A DNA stretch of 64,000 nucleotides from Vermamoeba vermiformis (Eukaryota): positions 186,001 through 250,000 of the forward strand of contig JBEWZL010000236.1 in assembly GCA_045837725.1 (NCBI GenBank). Reading direction: 5' to 3'. Each line of letters opens with the position of its first letter. Positions within the stretch are counted from its first letter, which is position 1. The notes under the pieces were generated by a model. That model saw only the letters and a program-made list of their open reading frames with translations, ran no database searches and was not told the DNA's origin. The translations under genes and the position numbers were made by a program. Positions 22,889-35,492 of this stretch are shown one piece after another.

Positions 22889-25800
22889 ATGGCCATCTTA
22901 ACGCGTCAATATGGGGTTTTCTCTATTGCCCTACTGACCATTTGTATAATGATAATTACCACCGGAACCGATAATGTAGACTACCCAGAATTTACTGACA
23001 ATGATATGGCGTCAATGCGGTATGTAAAACAAAATTAAATTGAACCCGATCTTGCAAATGACATCCAAAAATTAATAATTTCATGAATTTTAAAAATATA
23101 TGATCATGCTAATTGAGTTCAATATTAGCGCCCAAATAAAGGACATGTTTTACCACGCCTACGGAAATTATATGGATCGAGCTTTTCCAGCCGATGAATT
23201 GAAGGTTAGTAATTCAATAAAAGCAACGGAATTTAGTGTGCTAATGTCACTATAAATAGCCTATTAGTTGCAAGCCGAGAGAACGCGGAGAAAACCGAGG
23301 AAGCTTAGATGACGTCCTCGGAGAGTAAGTTGGGACGATCCGCGATATTCTTTATGGTATTTGCGATAATAACGAAAATTCTGCATTTATAGCTTCTCAT
23401 TAACGCTAGTTGATTCGCTTGATACGCTACTGGTAAGTATTCTGACCTTACCAATTTGGGATCGTTTGAATTTAGGCATTCGTTCTGTAGGTATTGGGCG
23501 ATATCGATGAGTTTAATAAGGCAGTGCAGGCAGTTATTACAACCGTCAGATTTGATAAGGATGTTAATGTTTCAGTTTTTGAAACAACGATCCGAATTCT
23601 CGGCGGGCTGTTATCAGCTCACCTGCAAGCAGAAGAGCGATTACCCGAGTATAAGGTATTTTAGTCACACGGAGCATATATTGATGAATAAGGAGCTCAA
23701 AATAAGCTATTTAGGGTGAATTACTGACGATGTCTGTGGATTTGGCTGATCGGCTGTTACCGGCCTTCAATACAAAGACGGGCATTCCTTATTCTCGAGT
23801 AAGTACCATCATTCACATTGTATACTTTAGCAACAGTTCGTTACATAACTTTAAGTAACGTAGACTTTATTCGAGATCTCCAAACATTACCAAATTTAGA
23901 AATTCAATTTTATTCCGTACAACGGACCACTAACCCTCGTAAGAATTCAATTCTTTAGCTAATGCTTTGTTTCCCTAATTTAGGTAAATTTATTGTACGG
24001 ACTAATCCCGCGAGAAAAGCCTGAGAGTTGTACTGCATGCGCCGGAACACTTATTATGGAGTTTGTACGTCATAATGCTCAAATAGCTCATATGAAACTA
24101 ATTAAACCGAATTTAGGGCCTGCTCTCAAAATTAACTAAGAATCCCGTTTATGAGGTAAGACTAATTAACTTTCATTCTACTCCCAGCTTTCCTGATCTT
24201 GCAACTATACTAATCAACTAATTTATTATGAACAATAGAATGTCGCTAAAGCAGCCTTAAAAGCACTTTACAGCAGAAGATCCGCCCTCGGACTTGTAGC
24301 GACAACAATTAATGTTCATTCGGGACAATGGACTTCACGAGACAGCGGTACGAACCATAACAGTGCTAATATAAGGGCGAGTATTAATAAGGAATATAAT
24401 AGGCATTGGTGCCGGAATTGACTCGTATTATGAATATTTACTGAAAGCCTATTTGATGTTTGGCGATGAAGAGTATTACCACATGTTCAACGTCGTATGA
24501 TTATTCGATACTAGTGACTATAGGACCATTGTGGCTAATTATTTTTCAGAGCTATGCTGCCGTCATGAAGCACATCAAAAAAGATCATTTCTACACGAAT
24601 GTGGATCTGGTCTCAGGCCAGTTGAAGTACAATTGGATCGACAGTCTTTCTGCGTTCTGGCCCGGTCTTCAAGTGCTCGCTGGTGACGTGCCTAACGCTG
24701 AGCAAGCGTGGAGCAAATATTACTTTGCCTGGCGCAAGTATCAAGTTGGCTTGCCTGAACGATTTGACTTCTTGCAGTACGTGAAGAGTATTGACATTAC
24801 TGACGATATTAATATGATGCTTAGTCTCGGTGCCACATTGAAGTTCTATCCATTGCGACCAGAGTTCATCGAGTCCACGTACTTCTTGTACCAAGCCACC
24901 AAAAATCCATTCTATTTGCACGTGGGCAGAGAAATATTCAACGGCTTGAAGACCCACACCAAGTACGTACTTACACTAGTACTAGTAAACGGTTAATATT
25001 AACGTTATTGGTGCACCAGAACGGAGTGCGGCTATGCCACGGTGACGGATGTCGAGTCCAAAAAGCTTGAAGATCGCATGGACAGCTTCTTTTTGAGCGA
25101 GGTGTGCAAGTACTTGTATCTGCTGTTTGACCCCGACAACTTTGTCACCAAAGAGAACTTCATTTTTACCACTGAAGGACACTTCTTCCCGATGTAAGTC
25201 GCTCTATTGATTCGTTGAGTATAATCTAATACTAATTTCCTAATTAGGCAATACGACTTTTTCAATACCTCGCAGTCTAAATCTGGCGTGACTGAACGAT
25301 GTAAAGTGACGCGCAAGAAGATTGAGACAGTTGAAGATTTGACAGCACCATTGCTCGAACACGAAAAGAACAAGACGAGACAAGGTCAATGTGACGTTAA
25401 AGAGGGTAAAAATGCAAAAGAATTGAACGCTACGGCAGTCAACATGCCTAAATACGTCATCACTGGACTGGATCCGCAATTGATCGGAGGAATTTTTGTC
25501 AATTTGGGTAAGACCTCACAAACATCTTTTTTCTCGATTTATTGTCGATTATCTATATAGCATCGTATATAAGGAGTAATATTAATACTAATCAGCTTTC
25601 TTGCTTTTTTTGGCATACCTCAGTCCCCAAAAGTCGTGAAGCGCAAGTGATATTTACTGCTGAAGGACAACAGGTCAAAATATTCGCCGGACAGGTAAGT
25701 TTTGACATCATTGTTAAATACAGATGAAGCTCTATATCGCGTTATATGATACTAATGTAATGTTCTTGTAGGCTGAATTTGGACCAGGAGTGCCACCAGA

Positions 25801-26707
25801 GGGCTTGAAGTCGCACGAAGTCATTCAAGTGCAGCCTTCTGACGGGTGCGCCCAACTGATCACTCCGTTAGAATGGACGCAAGGCCGAATAGTTGTGATT
25901 GATCGTGGCAATTGTCCATTTGTGCAGAAAGTGTTTTACGCGCAGCGTGCTGGAGCGACAGCAGCGATCATAGTTGACAACATTCCTGTAAGTGTAGTGG
26001 CACTTGACACCTGTCAAAACCTCGGACAAGACCGCTGTCACACGGCAAGTTTTGCTAACATTCTTTCTTCAGAAAAACGGAGTATTCACGATGGTCAACG
26101 GTGACAAGGACGACGATGAGCCGGTGAGTTGTGCATTACCATGTCTTATTATGTCAGAGTGTTTGTTAATTGATGTCAATAGGACATTGCCATACCTTCA
26201 GTGCTGATCTCGTATGAAGATGGACGCAAGCTGAGAAAGCATCTGATCGATCCAACGCTTCTAATCGAGACAGCGAGTGACGAAGAGTCCGGTCAACAAG
26301 ATACATATGCTCATAAGTCCGTCACTAGCCTCTTGCCTCTGCGAGTGGATCTGATCCCTGTCGGAACTCGCGAAGATGACCAACGATTAGAATTCACCGT
26401 AGAAACGAAGCAGAAGATCAGTCAAGAGCTGTTCAAACGAGCAGGCATTCGAGTGGAGAATAATATGATCGTGTTCCATACCAACGAAGACTTCAAGTTC
26501 GACGATCCACGCTTTGGTGGTGTGAAGGGCAGTAACGGACTGCCGGAGGGATTTACTATGAATATCATGCTCGATCCTAGGGACAGTAATATAGACCTAC
26601 TGCTCGTCGATGAATACAACAAGCAACAACAACAGCTTGACACAAGCGGATCTCAACCGGAAACAAGTAACCAACAACCAAATGACGATAATAAAAGTGA
26701 ACCTTAA
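22889..26707 (+). CDS. EDEM-type GH47 alpha-mannosidase with PA domain (EDEM3-like), multi-exon
   Basis: [70 protein letters not shown] and the PA domain [15 protein letters not shown]. Confidence 0.92.
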
Positions 26708-26830
26708 CATGAAGTCACTAATTCTCTAAATTTTCTTGGCAAGGGCACGCTCAGTGTCCCAATTTTCATTCAGTGAAGTCACAATCAACAACGAGCACAA
26801 TACAGCACCAGCGGTTGATATTTATTTAAT

Positions 26831-29202
26831 ATGAATGCCATAGCAAAAGGCATATGGAGGCTAGTCCCTCTAGTACGAAATACGATTTGCACTCGAAGAT
26901 CAGCAATTACGAGGGCAGGAAAAAACTCTAGAAAATTCCCAAAAATCGGCAATAATAATTCTCTAAAGATCTCTACGTCTTTCATTCAATGTAATTATTG
27001 CAGACTAATTTTTAAATAATCTGGCAAATGAAAATTAATGACTTCCGACTTGACAGGTCGTTTTTATAGCGATTCAAAGGTCGATAGCGTTCATCAGCGG
27101 ACACTAATACGCGAATGGAATGCAATAGGAGTAGAATTATCTGAACAGCAGCGATGGTCGGAAGCATTAGAAGCATTCAATAAAGTTTTATCAACTGACA
27201 ACAATAATCTGCGAGCTCTAGCGGGCAAAGGTACCTCAATCGCAATCAATGCTTTGCTCTAACTTACTTTCACTAGCCGTTGCATGCTACATGTTGAATC
27301 AATTTCAAGCTGCAATGGATTGTTACGAATTGATCCTCGATCTGGGCGAAGCGACAGCGCCTATTTTCTTAGGGAGAGGCGTCACCCGATGTCAGTTGGT
27401 ACGATTAAAGACTTTTTAAAGGCATGCCTGATACCATTGTTATAGGAACAATATGACGAAGCACTCGAAGATTTCAAACTAGTTCGTAAATTAGACCCAG
27501 AAGAGACCAGTCAGAAATTCTGGGGCCAGTTAGGAGCAGATATCGATGGGTTTGGGCCTAAAACAATTGAAATCTACCGTCGGGCAGTCAAACAATTTCC
27601 GAACGATTCAATGCTTTGTTATTACCTTGGTACTTGCTACTTGAAATTCAACCGATTCGCTGAAGCCGAAGAGGCCTTAAAACGTGCTGTCGAAATGGAG
27701 CCTAATAACATTGACTATCTACTAGCCCTCGGTAGAGTTGAGTTCGGTCTGAGTAAGTATAATACATATACAAAACCCTTCAGATATTTAACGAATGCAG
27801 AGAATTGGAAGGAAGCATCAACAATATTGGACAAGTGCATTGAACTAGGCAATGAAGATAATGCCGATCTATGGATGTTTAAGCTAGAAGCACAGTATCA
27901 TATGGGCAATGACGGAAAATCAGACGAGATGTTCGTTGACACAAAGAAACGAGATGACGTAATCAAATTTCTTCGCAAGCTTCATGAAAAGAATCCGAGC
28001 AACGTCGACACTACTTTTCAGTACGCGAGGATGCTTGAACCAAAACAAGCACTCCCTTTTTTCGAGGAACTGACACGAACTGCTCCAAGCGAACAAACAT
28101 GGAGTCACCTCGGCGATATTTACCGTAAATAGCCATATTTTACGCATTAATTTTATTAAGCTGATGCCATTGGTTAGTCGAGCTGGGTCAGTACGAGAAG
28201 AGTGTCGAGGCCTTCGACAGGGCCGCAGCTATTGAAGACCATTGGTACACTCGTTCAACGCAAGCGAGTGCTTACGTACATTTGCGACAATACGACAAAG
28301 AGAATCAAACAATGCACCGCTTATACGAGCTGCTAGCAATTGAAGGTCCAGCTCACTACGCCTACTTCCCTGTCTTGCCTCTAGTCATCAGGTACTCATC
28401 ACTACTCTCTTGCAGATCAATCAAATGTTGATAATACTACCTCGCAGGTGGCAGTACAACCAAGCCTTGCACGCTATTGATGAATTTTTGGCGAAGCAGC
28501 CGCAAGTGTTCGATGGGTGGAATGTTCGAGCGACGCTGTTGAAGGAAATGGTATGGTCGATGTTGTCGTATTAGTTTGTAATTAGCATGATCGATCAGGG
28601 TCGTGAAAAAGAGGCACTAGAGTCGATCGAAAAAGGGTTAAAACTCGAGCAGCATGTGTCAGTCTATTGTCAGAAAATAGATATTTTGGGAACTTTTGGT
28701 CGGTTTGACGAAGCATTTGAACTCATTAAGCACGCAGAAACACTTTTGCCCGAGGAATTTGATCAAATGCACGTAATGTATCACTTAACTGTCGGTGTCA
28801 CATTGCACAAACAAGGTACAATGATGATGCGTTTTTGGGGGTTACTAGAGATCTAACAAACTTCTATCAGGAAAATACGAACAAGCCTTGGAGCACATTA
28901 ATAAGAGCATCGACAATATGGATAAAGCTACCAATATAGACATATTCAGATTTCAGTACTGGGTGGAGAAGGCAAAAGCTCTCGAGGCATTGAAGCGTAT
29001 TAACGAAGCCATTGCCGACTACGAATATGCGCTGAGTATTTTCCCAGAAGAGCCGTATTCATTGCTGCACTTGGCGAAGTTGTATCGAGAAACTGGTCGC
29101 GACTCAGATGCACGAGCATTAGTGCCTCGACTCGCAGCACTCAAAACAGACGTTGAATCATTCAATAAGGAAGTTGCAGAGCTATTAGCACTACTGAAGT
29201 AA
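26831..29202 (+). CDS. Tetratricopeptide-repeat protein, possible mitochondrial presequence
   Basis: Repeated TPR patterns (EALEAFNKVL, YYLGTCYLKFNRFAEAEEALKRAVEMEP, EAIADYEYALSIFP) and an Arg-rich N-terminus. Confidence 0.8.
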
Positions 29203-29400
29203 ATCAAATGAATGCGTATTGCATTCACGTCCAACAAAGTACGTCTTATTGAGATCTCGGCTTTCGACTTTAAATTCGTTACCCCGAGGCGCCTTAAAAA
29301 ACAGCACAATTTCTTTGAGAGCGCAGTTATTTGAATAAATTAACGCTTAACAGCACAAATACTATATTATATTTTTTGTAAGCCACCTCGAGCATCAACG

Positions 29401-29610
29401 ATGGAGACTGGAAATCAGCAAGATCAAGAAAATACCAAACGAATAATGAAAGAAAACCTCAGCCATATCGAATTAAATGATAAATTGGATCCCCAATTGG
29501 AGGAACATGAATTGATGGCCGCACCATCGCGAAGACCAAAAAAAAGCAAGATTAAAATTTTTGTTTTAGTCTTAATTGTAGCAATGATTGTTTATCGCAT
29601 ATTTATGTAA
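29401..29610 (+). CDS. 69-aa tail-anchored protein resembling a truncated R-SNARE (brevin)
   Basis: Intronless ORF. TKRIMKENLSHI...DKLD resembles the N-half of the VAMP motif, followed by a basic linker and a C-terminal TM helix. Confidence 0.5.
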   Translation: METGNQQDQENTKRIMKENLSHIELNDKLDPQLEEHELMAAPSRRPKKSKIKIFVLVLIVAMIVYRIFM

Positions 29611-29835
29611 TCCGTTCTAATGTACGTAAATGTATATTTAAAAAACGAAAAAAAATCAAAAATTCGTTACCCTTCAAGCAATTACCTGCGTTCATAATAA
29701 TAATTGACTTATATTGGTCGTCGATACCTGCGTACATGTAAATTCGTTGTAGATACCTGCCAGTGCACATAAGCAAAATACCGCAACCAATGTTTTGTTT
29801 TATTTTCCTTACAACAAAACAAGCAAATACCATAA

Positions 29836-31173
29836 ATGGGTACAGGCCTTTCAAAGGGCGCTGAACTAATAAGATACGGCGATGCTGCTCGCAGCGCTTT
29901 TCCCTTCTTAACGCCGAGAATACTGGGCATAATTCGACTTATTATTGGTGCTTATATTACGAGTATTATAGCGGCTGGGATTGCTACCGATCAAGCAAAG
30001 GGAGTTCCATGGTAATATATTTTTCTTGTTAAGCGCTAAATCGCTAATTAATTCTCTGCAGGTGGCGGTACTGGTACGCACTCGCTAAGCTTGGCTTAAT
30101 ATGCTGCGGATAATTTTAATTTGCGTAAATTTAGGGCTTTCTTAACTAATTGGAGCTATACGGTAGCAGCTGCGTATTTTTGGGTGAGTTGAATAATTTA
30201 AAATAAATTTCGACCGTTGAAAATTAATTTGTCTCGCAGATGGCAGGAATAAACTCGATTATATTTGAAGAACGTTTAAAAAAAGCACATAATAATAGTG
30301 CCGATCCTTTGAACGAAAAATTAAGCGAAACTGGATCCGCGTGGGACATGACTTTGTGGATCATGTTTGAAACTGCGTGGGTGTCTGGATTTGTAAGTGA
30401 CTGTAATTTCACTATTGACTATATATTAACTGTAGTCAGATCGTATTTTTGCTGTTCTGGGCTGTATTGGTCGGACTCTCAGGGTGCGTCAACAAAGGCA
30501 CTTGCAACTTCGACTTTTATTCGTGGAACGCGCACGGCGTCAACTTCGCGTTCTTAGTGCTCGATATGATACTCAATAAGTAAGTCGATAGCGCGCACAT
30601 AGTCAGAGCTGCTGTATATGAAATTGAACCACTGCCTAGGCATCGATTTGCAACGCTCCACGTGTGGTTCTCAATGCTGTTTATCTCCATGTACGAATGC
30701 TTTTCAGTGCTGTATCGTGTCGGAGGCACCGAGTAAGTATTGCTGAAACAATCGGATTCATTGGTCTCACGTGCAATGTTAGATGGCCCTACTCCGTACA
30801 AGACGTCACAGTTGGTGGCATCATCGCTTACGTGTTCTATCCTGGACTGTTGGCTGCTTACGTAGCCGTGTTTTATATTGGTAAGTCTAACACAAACACA
30901 ATACGCACGAAGTAGTACACCTTCTAATTTACTGCACTAGCTCTGGGCTTAGAAAAGCTGTTGAATATTTGTCACCCCAGTCGTCACAAGCATGATATCG
31001 ACAGCGTTAGTGATGCGATTGATGAAGAAGAAATGAAAGTGAAGCAGTCCTCGCACAGCTCACAACAAAGTTCTAGACAATCGAGCAGTTCATCTGATCC
31101 GAGCAACTATGTGGACAATTCAAACAGTTCAGCGCAATCGAACAGCTCTGATGATTACACGTCAAGTTCGTAA
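29836..31173 (+). CDS. Multi-pass membrane protein (rolling stone / FAR-17a-AIG1-like)
   Basis: MGTGLSK start, AFLTNWSYT, HGVNFAFLVLD, WPYSVQD, several TM helices and a 12-nt microexon at 30061-30072. Confidence 0.6.
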
Positions 31174-31454
31174 AATTAATATTTTAAACTTGTATTTTAT
31201 CTATATATGTACATAAACGCGAAATAAAGACTTGTTTATATCTATATATATGATTTATTGTTTTAAGTATAAGATCTAGTGATCTATTATAAGAATTGAT
31301 CTCATTACAGAGATTATTGGAAGCGGAATATTTCGGAAACAGAAAATTCGAAGGTTCATTTTCGACGTCGGCCAGTTTCAGAATTTATTTTTATGCCAAT
31401 ACTTACAACAACAATAGCTCCGAGGTTGGAAGTATAGAACAATAGATTAGTGGT

Positions 31455-34124
31455 ATGCAATGCAAATAAGAAATTGCGTGCCGTTGTTGATTGCTCTGTT
31501 AGCGATCGGCATTTGCTTCCAACAGCAAGGTAAGTTGAACTTTTACAATTTAATTATTTAATTAAAAACCGTGATCCTCAATACGAGCGAGTTGCGAATA
31601 CAGATCTGAATAATTACGGAAATTATTAATTATTTATTTAAAATTAACGCACGCTGCTTTTAGGTTTTGTAAATGGACAAAAACTTGATGAATGGGCTAT
31701 AGAATTTGATAATGAAGTTGATTCTATTGCTTTTGCCGAACGCTACGGGCTGATCCATGAAGGCCAGATCGGACCCCTAAAAAACACTTATTTATTTTCG
31801 AAACCAACGTCCACGAAAAGATCTGAAGACTCAGGCTTTGAGTCGAGGCATCGGAGATTTTTGGACATGTTGGAATTACCACAAACGTTGCAGCATCCGA
31901 AAAGATCCCTCACTTCGATAGAGAGTGCAACTGATGAAGAGATTCGCAGCGAAATTAAATGGTTCGAGCAACAAGAGTTAAAACAAAGGAGTAAGAGATC
32001 AATAAGAGAAGATCCAACATTCACGGTCCCGCCAACGGATCCGCTCTATCCCAAACAATGGCACTTGAGCGGCAACAAAACAAACAATCAAGTCGACATT
32101 AATGTACTCGGTGCTTGGAAGTTGGGTACGACAATAGCACAATAATTATAACTGATAACGTATTGACTCATACGCGCAGGTTACACGGGCAAAGGAGTCA
32201 CGATTGCCATTGTGGATGACGGCATTGACCAAGATCACCCTGACATTAAGCCTAATTTCAAACAAGAGGGCTCGTACAACTTCAATACAAACTCTAACAA
32301 CACCAGGCCCGTCAACTTGGGTGCACACGGAGTAAGTTTTGTCAAAACTGAAAATTATGCTAGATATAGCTAATACTAACTGTTACTTCTCAGGACTGGC
32401 ACGGCACAACAAGTGCAGGTGTTGCAGCAGCGCGTGATGACGGACAAGTGTGCGGAGTTGGAGTGGCTCCAAGAGCCAGTTTATCAGCCGTTGTGATCTT
32501 GCAAAGTGGTTCGGTGTCCGACGCCGTGGAAGCACGTGCAATTACACACGCACTGGAAGTGAATGATATTTATAGCAACAGTTGGGGACCAGTCGATGAT
32601 GGCAGACGAAAAGAGGCCCCTGGTCCCCTCACTCAAAAAGCATTCGAGCACGCACTCAAAAAGGGAAGAAACGGCCTCGGGTATGTTGTACTCACATCTG
32701 CGTGGCACCTCAATAATAATATAATGTAGCACGATCTATGTCTGGGCAGCAGGCAATGGCCGCAGGAATTCAGATGAGTGCAATTACGATGGCTACGCAA
32801 ACTGGCGTGGCACGGTGTTGATCGGCGCTGTATCGTGGAAAGGATCGTCAGTGTGGTACTCAGAGTCCTGTGCTGCACTTTTAGGTGTCACACCGAGCTC
32901 GGGTGATGCAGCTAGGAAAGATCCGGACATTGTAACAACTGATCTGAGAAACGGAGGACTTGAAAATGTAAGCACGACCAATACATGCACCAAGACAAGA
33001 TACTAACCAAAACAGGGCCTATGCACGAGCAAATTCACTGGCACATCCGCTTCGTGCCCAATGGCCGCAGGTATCGTTGCACTGATGTTAGAGGCCAATC
33101 CAAAGCTCTCGTGGCTAGACGTGCAGTACATTCTGGTTGAAAGCTGTGTCCGCACCGAGTTGGATGATCCAGATTGGAAACAAAACGGTGCTGGCCGCTG
33201 GGTGAACCACAAGTTTGGGTTTGGACTGATTGACACTACGCGCGCAGTAGAATTGAGTGTGAAGCACAAAGATAATATCAAAGAAGAAAGTAGATCCTTC
33301 CAATCACTAGAAATGAAGACTTGGGACGCGTAAGTTTAAAAACCACCTAAACCTTTCGTGCTCACCATTCGCAGCCAAACACCAGAAGTCAGTGCAACAA
33401 TTATGGTGCCCAATGATTCGTTAGAGTTGCATCACGTTGAAATTCGGGTCAACATCACGCATCGCATGCGAGGAAAACTGAGTATCGTGCTAACAGCTCC
33501 TTCGGGTTTGAGTAAGTAGAAAAACAAGGGTTACAAGGGCGAGGCGTTTGGCCCCCTTTCGCCACAAAATCCTAAACTCGCGAAAACCGCGAACAAGTTG
33601 CCCTTATAGCTCAGTTGGCAGAGCGCTAGTCTCGTAAACTAGAGGTCTTGGGTTCGATTCCCAGTGAGGGCAGTTTTTTTTTTTGCTTTTGGGTTACTTA
33701 CTTTTTATTTCAGCAAGCATCTTAGCTAATCAACACAGCGATGGAGGTGCTGACTACAATGCTTGGCGATTCACCTCATTGCGCCATTGGGGAGAAGACA
33801 TCACGGTTAGTTTTTTTTTTTAGTTAATTCCTGTGATGTGATCTGACTCATGTACCACAGGGAAATTGGACCATATACATACGAGATTCAGGACAACTCA
33901 GTGGCGAGTTCAAAGACTGGAGCCTGAATTTTTACGGCATTCCTCGCACGCCCAGCGCTCCTCAAGTCGATCCCACTACTGTCATCAATGACGACAGCGG
34001 CATTTACAGCTATCTCACTACGATGTCAATATTCCTCGTGTGCGTAATGGCTGGCTTAATGTACGTCTATTATCGAAAGCGAAAGGCTCGCTACGATCCA
34101 TCTGGCGTTGTAAATATTTTGTAA
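31455..34124 (+). CDS. Kexin/furin-like proprotein convertase (S8 domain, P domain, TM)
   Basis: Signal peptide, RSKR propeptide site, IAIVDDG, HGTTSAG, YVWAAGNG, FTGTSASCP, HKFGFG, RHWGE and a C-terminal TM helix. Confidence 0.93.
33600..33672 (+). tRNA. tRNA-Thr(CGT), in penultimate intron (33512-33713) of the kexin gene
   Basis: GCCCTTA/TGAGGGC acceptor stem, anticodon arm CTAGT-CT-CGT-AA-ACTAG, GGTTCGATTCC and a long T-run terminator. Confidence 0.95.
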
Positions 34125-34268
34125 AAATAAAACAGCAAAGCACATGCACGTGTATCATATTAAAACATTAGATTTTAGTTGTTGATACAAAAGAAAATAA
34201 GATTTGATCTGTCAGTCGTGCTTGAAACGAGATCAAAAAAGTTACCGTTGCGGTGACTAAGAACGGTC

Positions 34269-34848
34269 TTAGTTCTTGTTCTTGTCCTTCTCCTTGTGTT
34301 CCTTATCCTTGTGCTCCTTATCCTTCTTCTTTTCGTCCTTCTTCTCATCCTAAAATAATTCGAATGAGTACCAGATGCAATCACAACACGACCAAAATAA
34401 AAAATATCTTTGACAGGTTAAGAAATTATAAATATGATTCAGTAGTGGTACTTACGTGAGTGACGACCTTGGCCTTGTCGGGGTTCTCCTCAACAATACC
34501 TTCCTTGTGGAAAACGAAGACCAATTCCCAAGCAGATCCGCCAGATGAGACCAACTTGTAACCCTCGCGTTCCAAACCGTTGAAAATCTCGCACAAGCTG
34601 CGCTTGTCGGGGCTATTTATAGAATATTCGTTAGAGAGACTCGTCTAGCACGTTCAGCTAAAATAAGAAGGATTCGCAAATATTTTATTTGAAAGAAAGG
34701 AAATTTGGATGCTCTGTGCTGTCGAGTACTGCAATATTGTGCAGAGTATATAAATGTATTAGTAAATTGCTAGTGCTTACATTTGTTCCTTGGGGGTTTC
34801 AACGAGAGTGAAATCCTTGCTGTACTTGGTGACGGTAACGAAGACCAT
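34269..34848 (-). CDS. Small hypothetical protein with a K/D/E/H-rich tail, 3 coding exons
   Basis: MVFVTVTKYSKDF...LCEIFNGLEREGYKLVSSGG...FVFHKE followed by DKEHK repeats; biased codon usage and clean introns. Confidence 0.65.
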
Positions 34849-35492
34849 TTTGCTAAAAATAAATATTAGAACATATTATTACGCGAGTCAAACTAAGAGT
34901 GAGCTTTAAAATAAAGTTTTCAACGTTTTGGAGAAGATTTGACTTTGCTAGTATTTTCGGCTTTTTCGAGATTGTTATCTCGCAATTTATCGTGAATATG
35001 ACGAAAGGAAGAGTGCACAATACAAAATTAATGCCGTGCCATTACTAACGGCAATTTAAATTCCAAAAAAATATCAAAAACAAAAATATCAAATGCGCTG
35101 GTCAACCTCGCCAAAAGGCCGAATTAAGGGCCAGTTTAACGAGAACTGCGGCGATACTTACTAGGTGTGTTATGTATTCAGAATTGAATTGAAATTTGAC
35201 TAACTCACACGTGTAAACAGCCAAAACTGTTGTTGGCAGTTAAGTCACGAATTTGGACCATGACTTAATTGCACTGCTAAATAAGGAGCGCTGGATCCAC
35301 CTAGGATCAACGTGGGTTCTATCACCTACAGGGACATTGTCAATGGATTTGGTCAACTTTTTATTTCAGATCAAGCTGGGCTGCGCACGTTCGAAACAAA
35401 ATTACAAAATAGAACGTACCAGCTCAACTCAATATGAGCCAACAAATTTAAATAATATTGGTACTAATATACGTGGAATTGCGTTGATAAGT

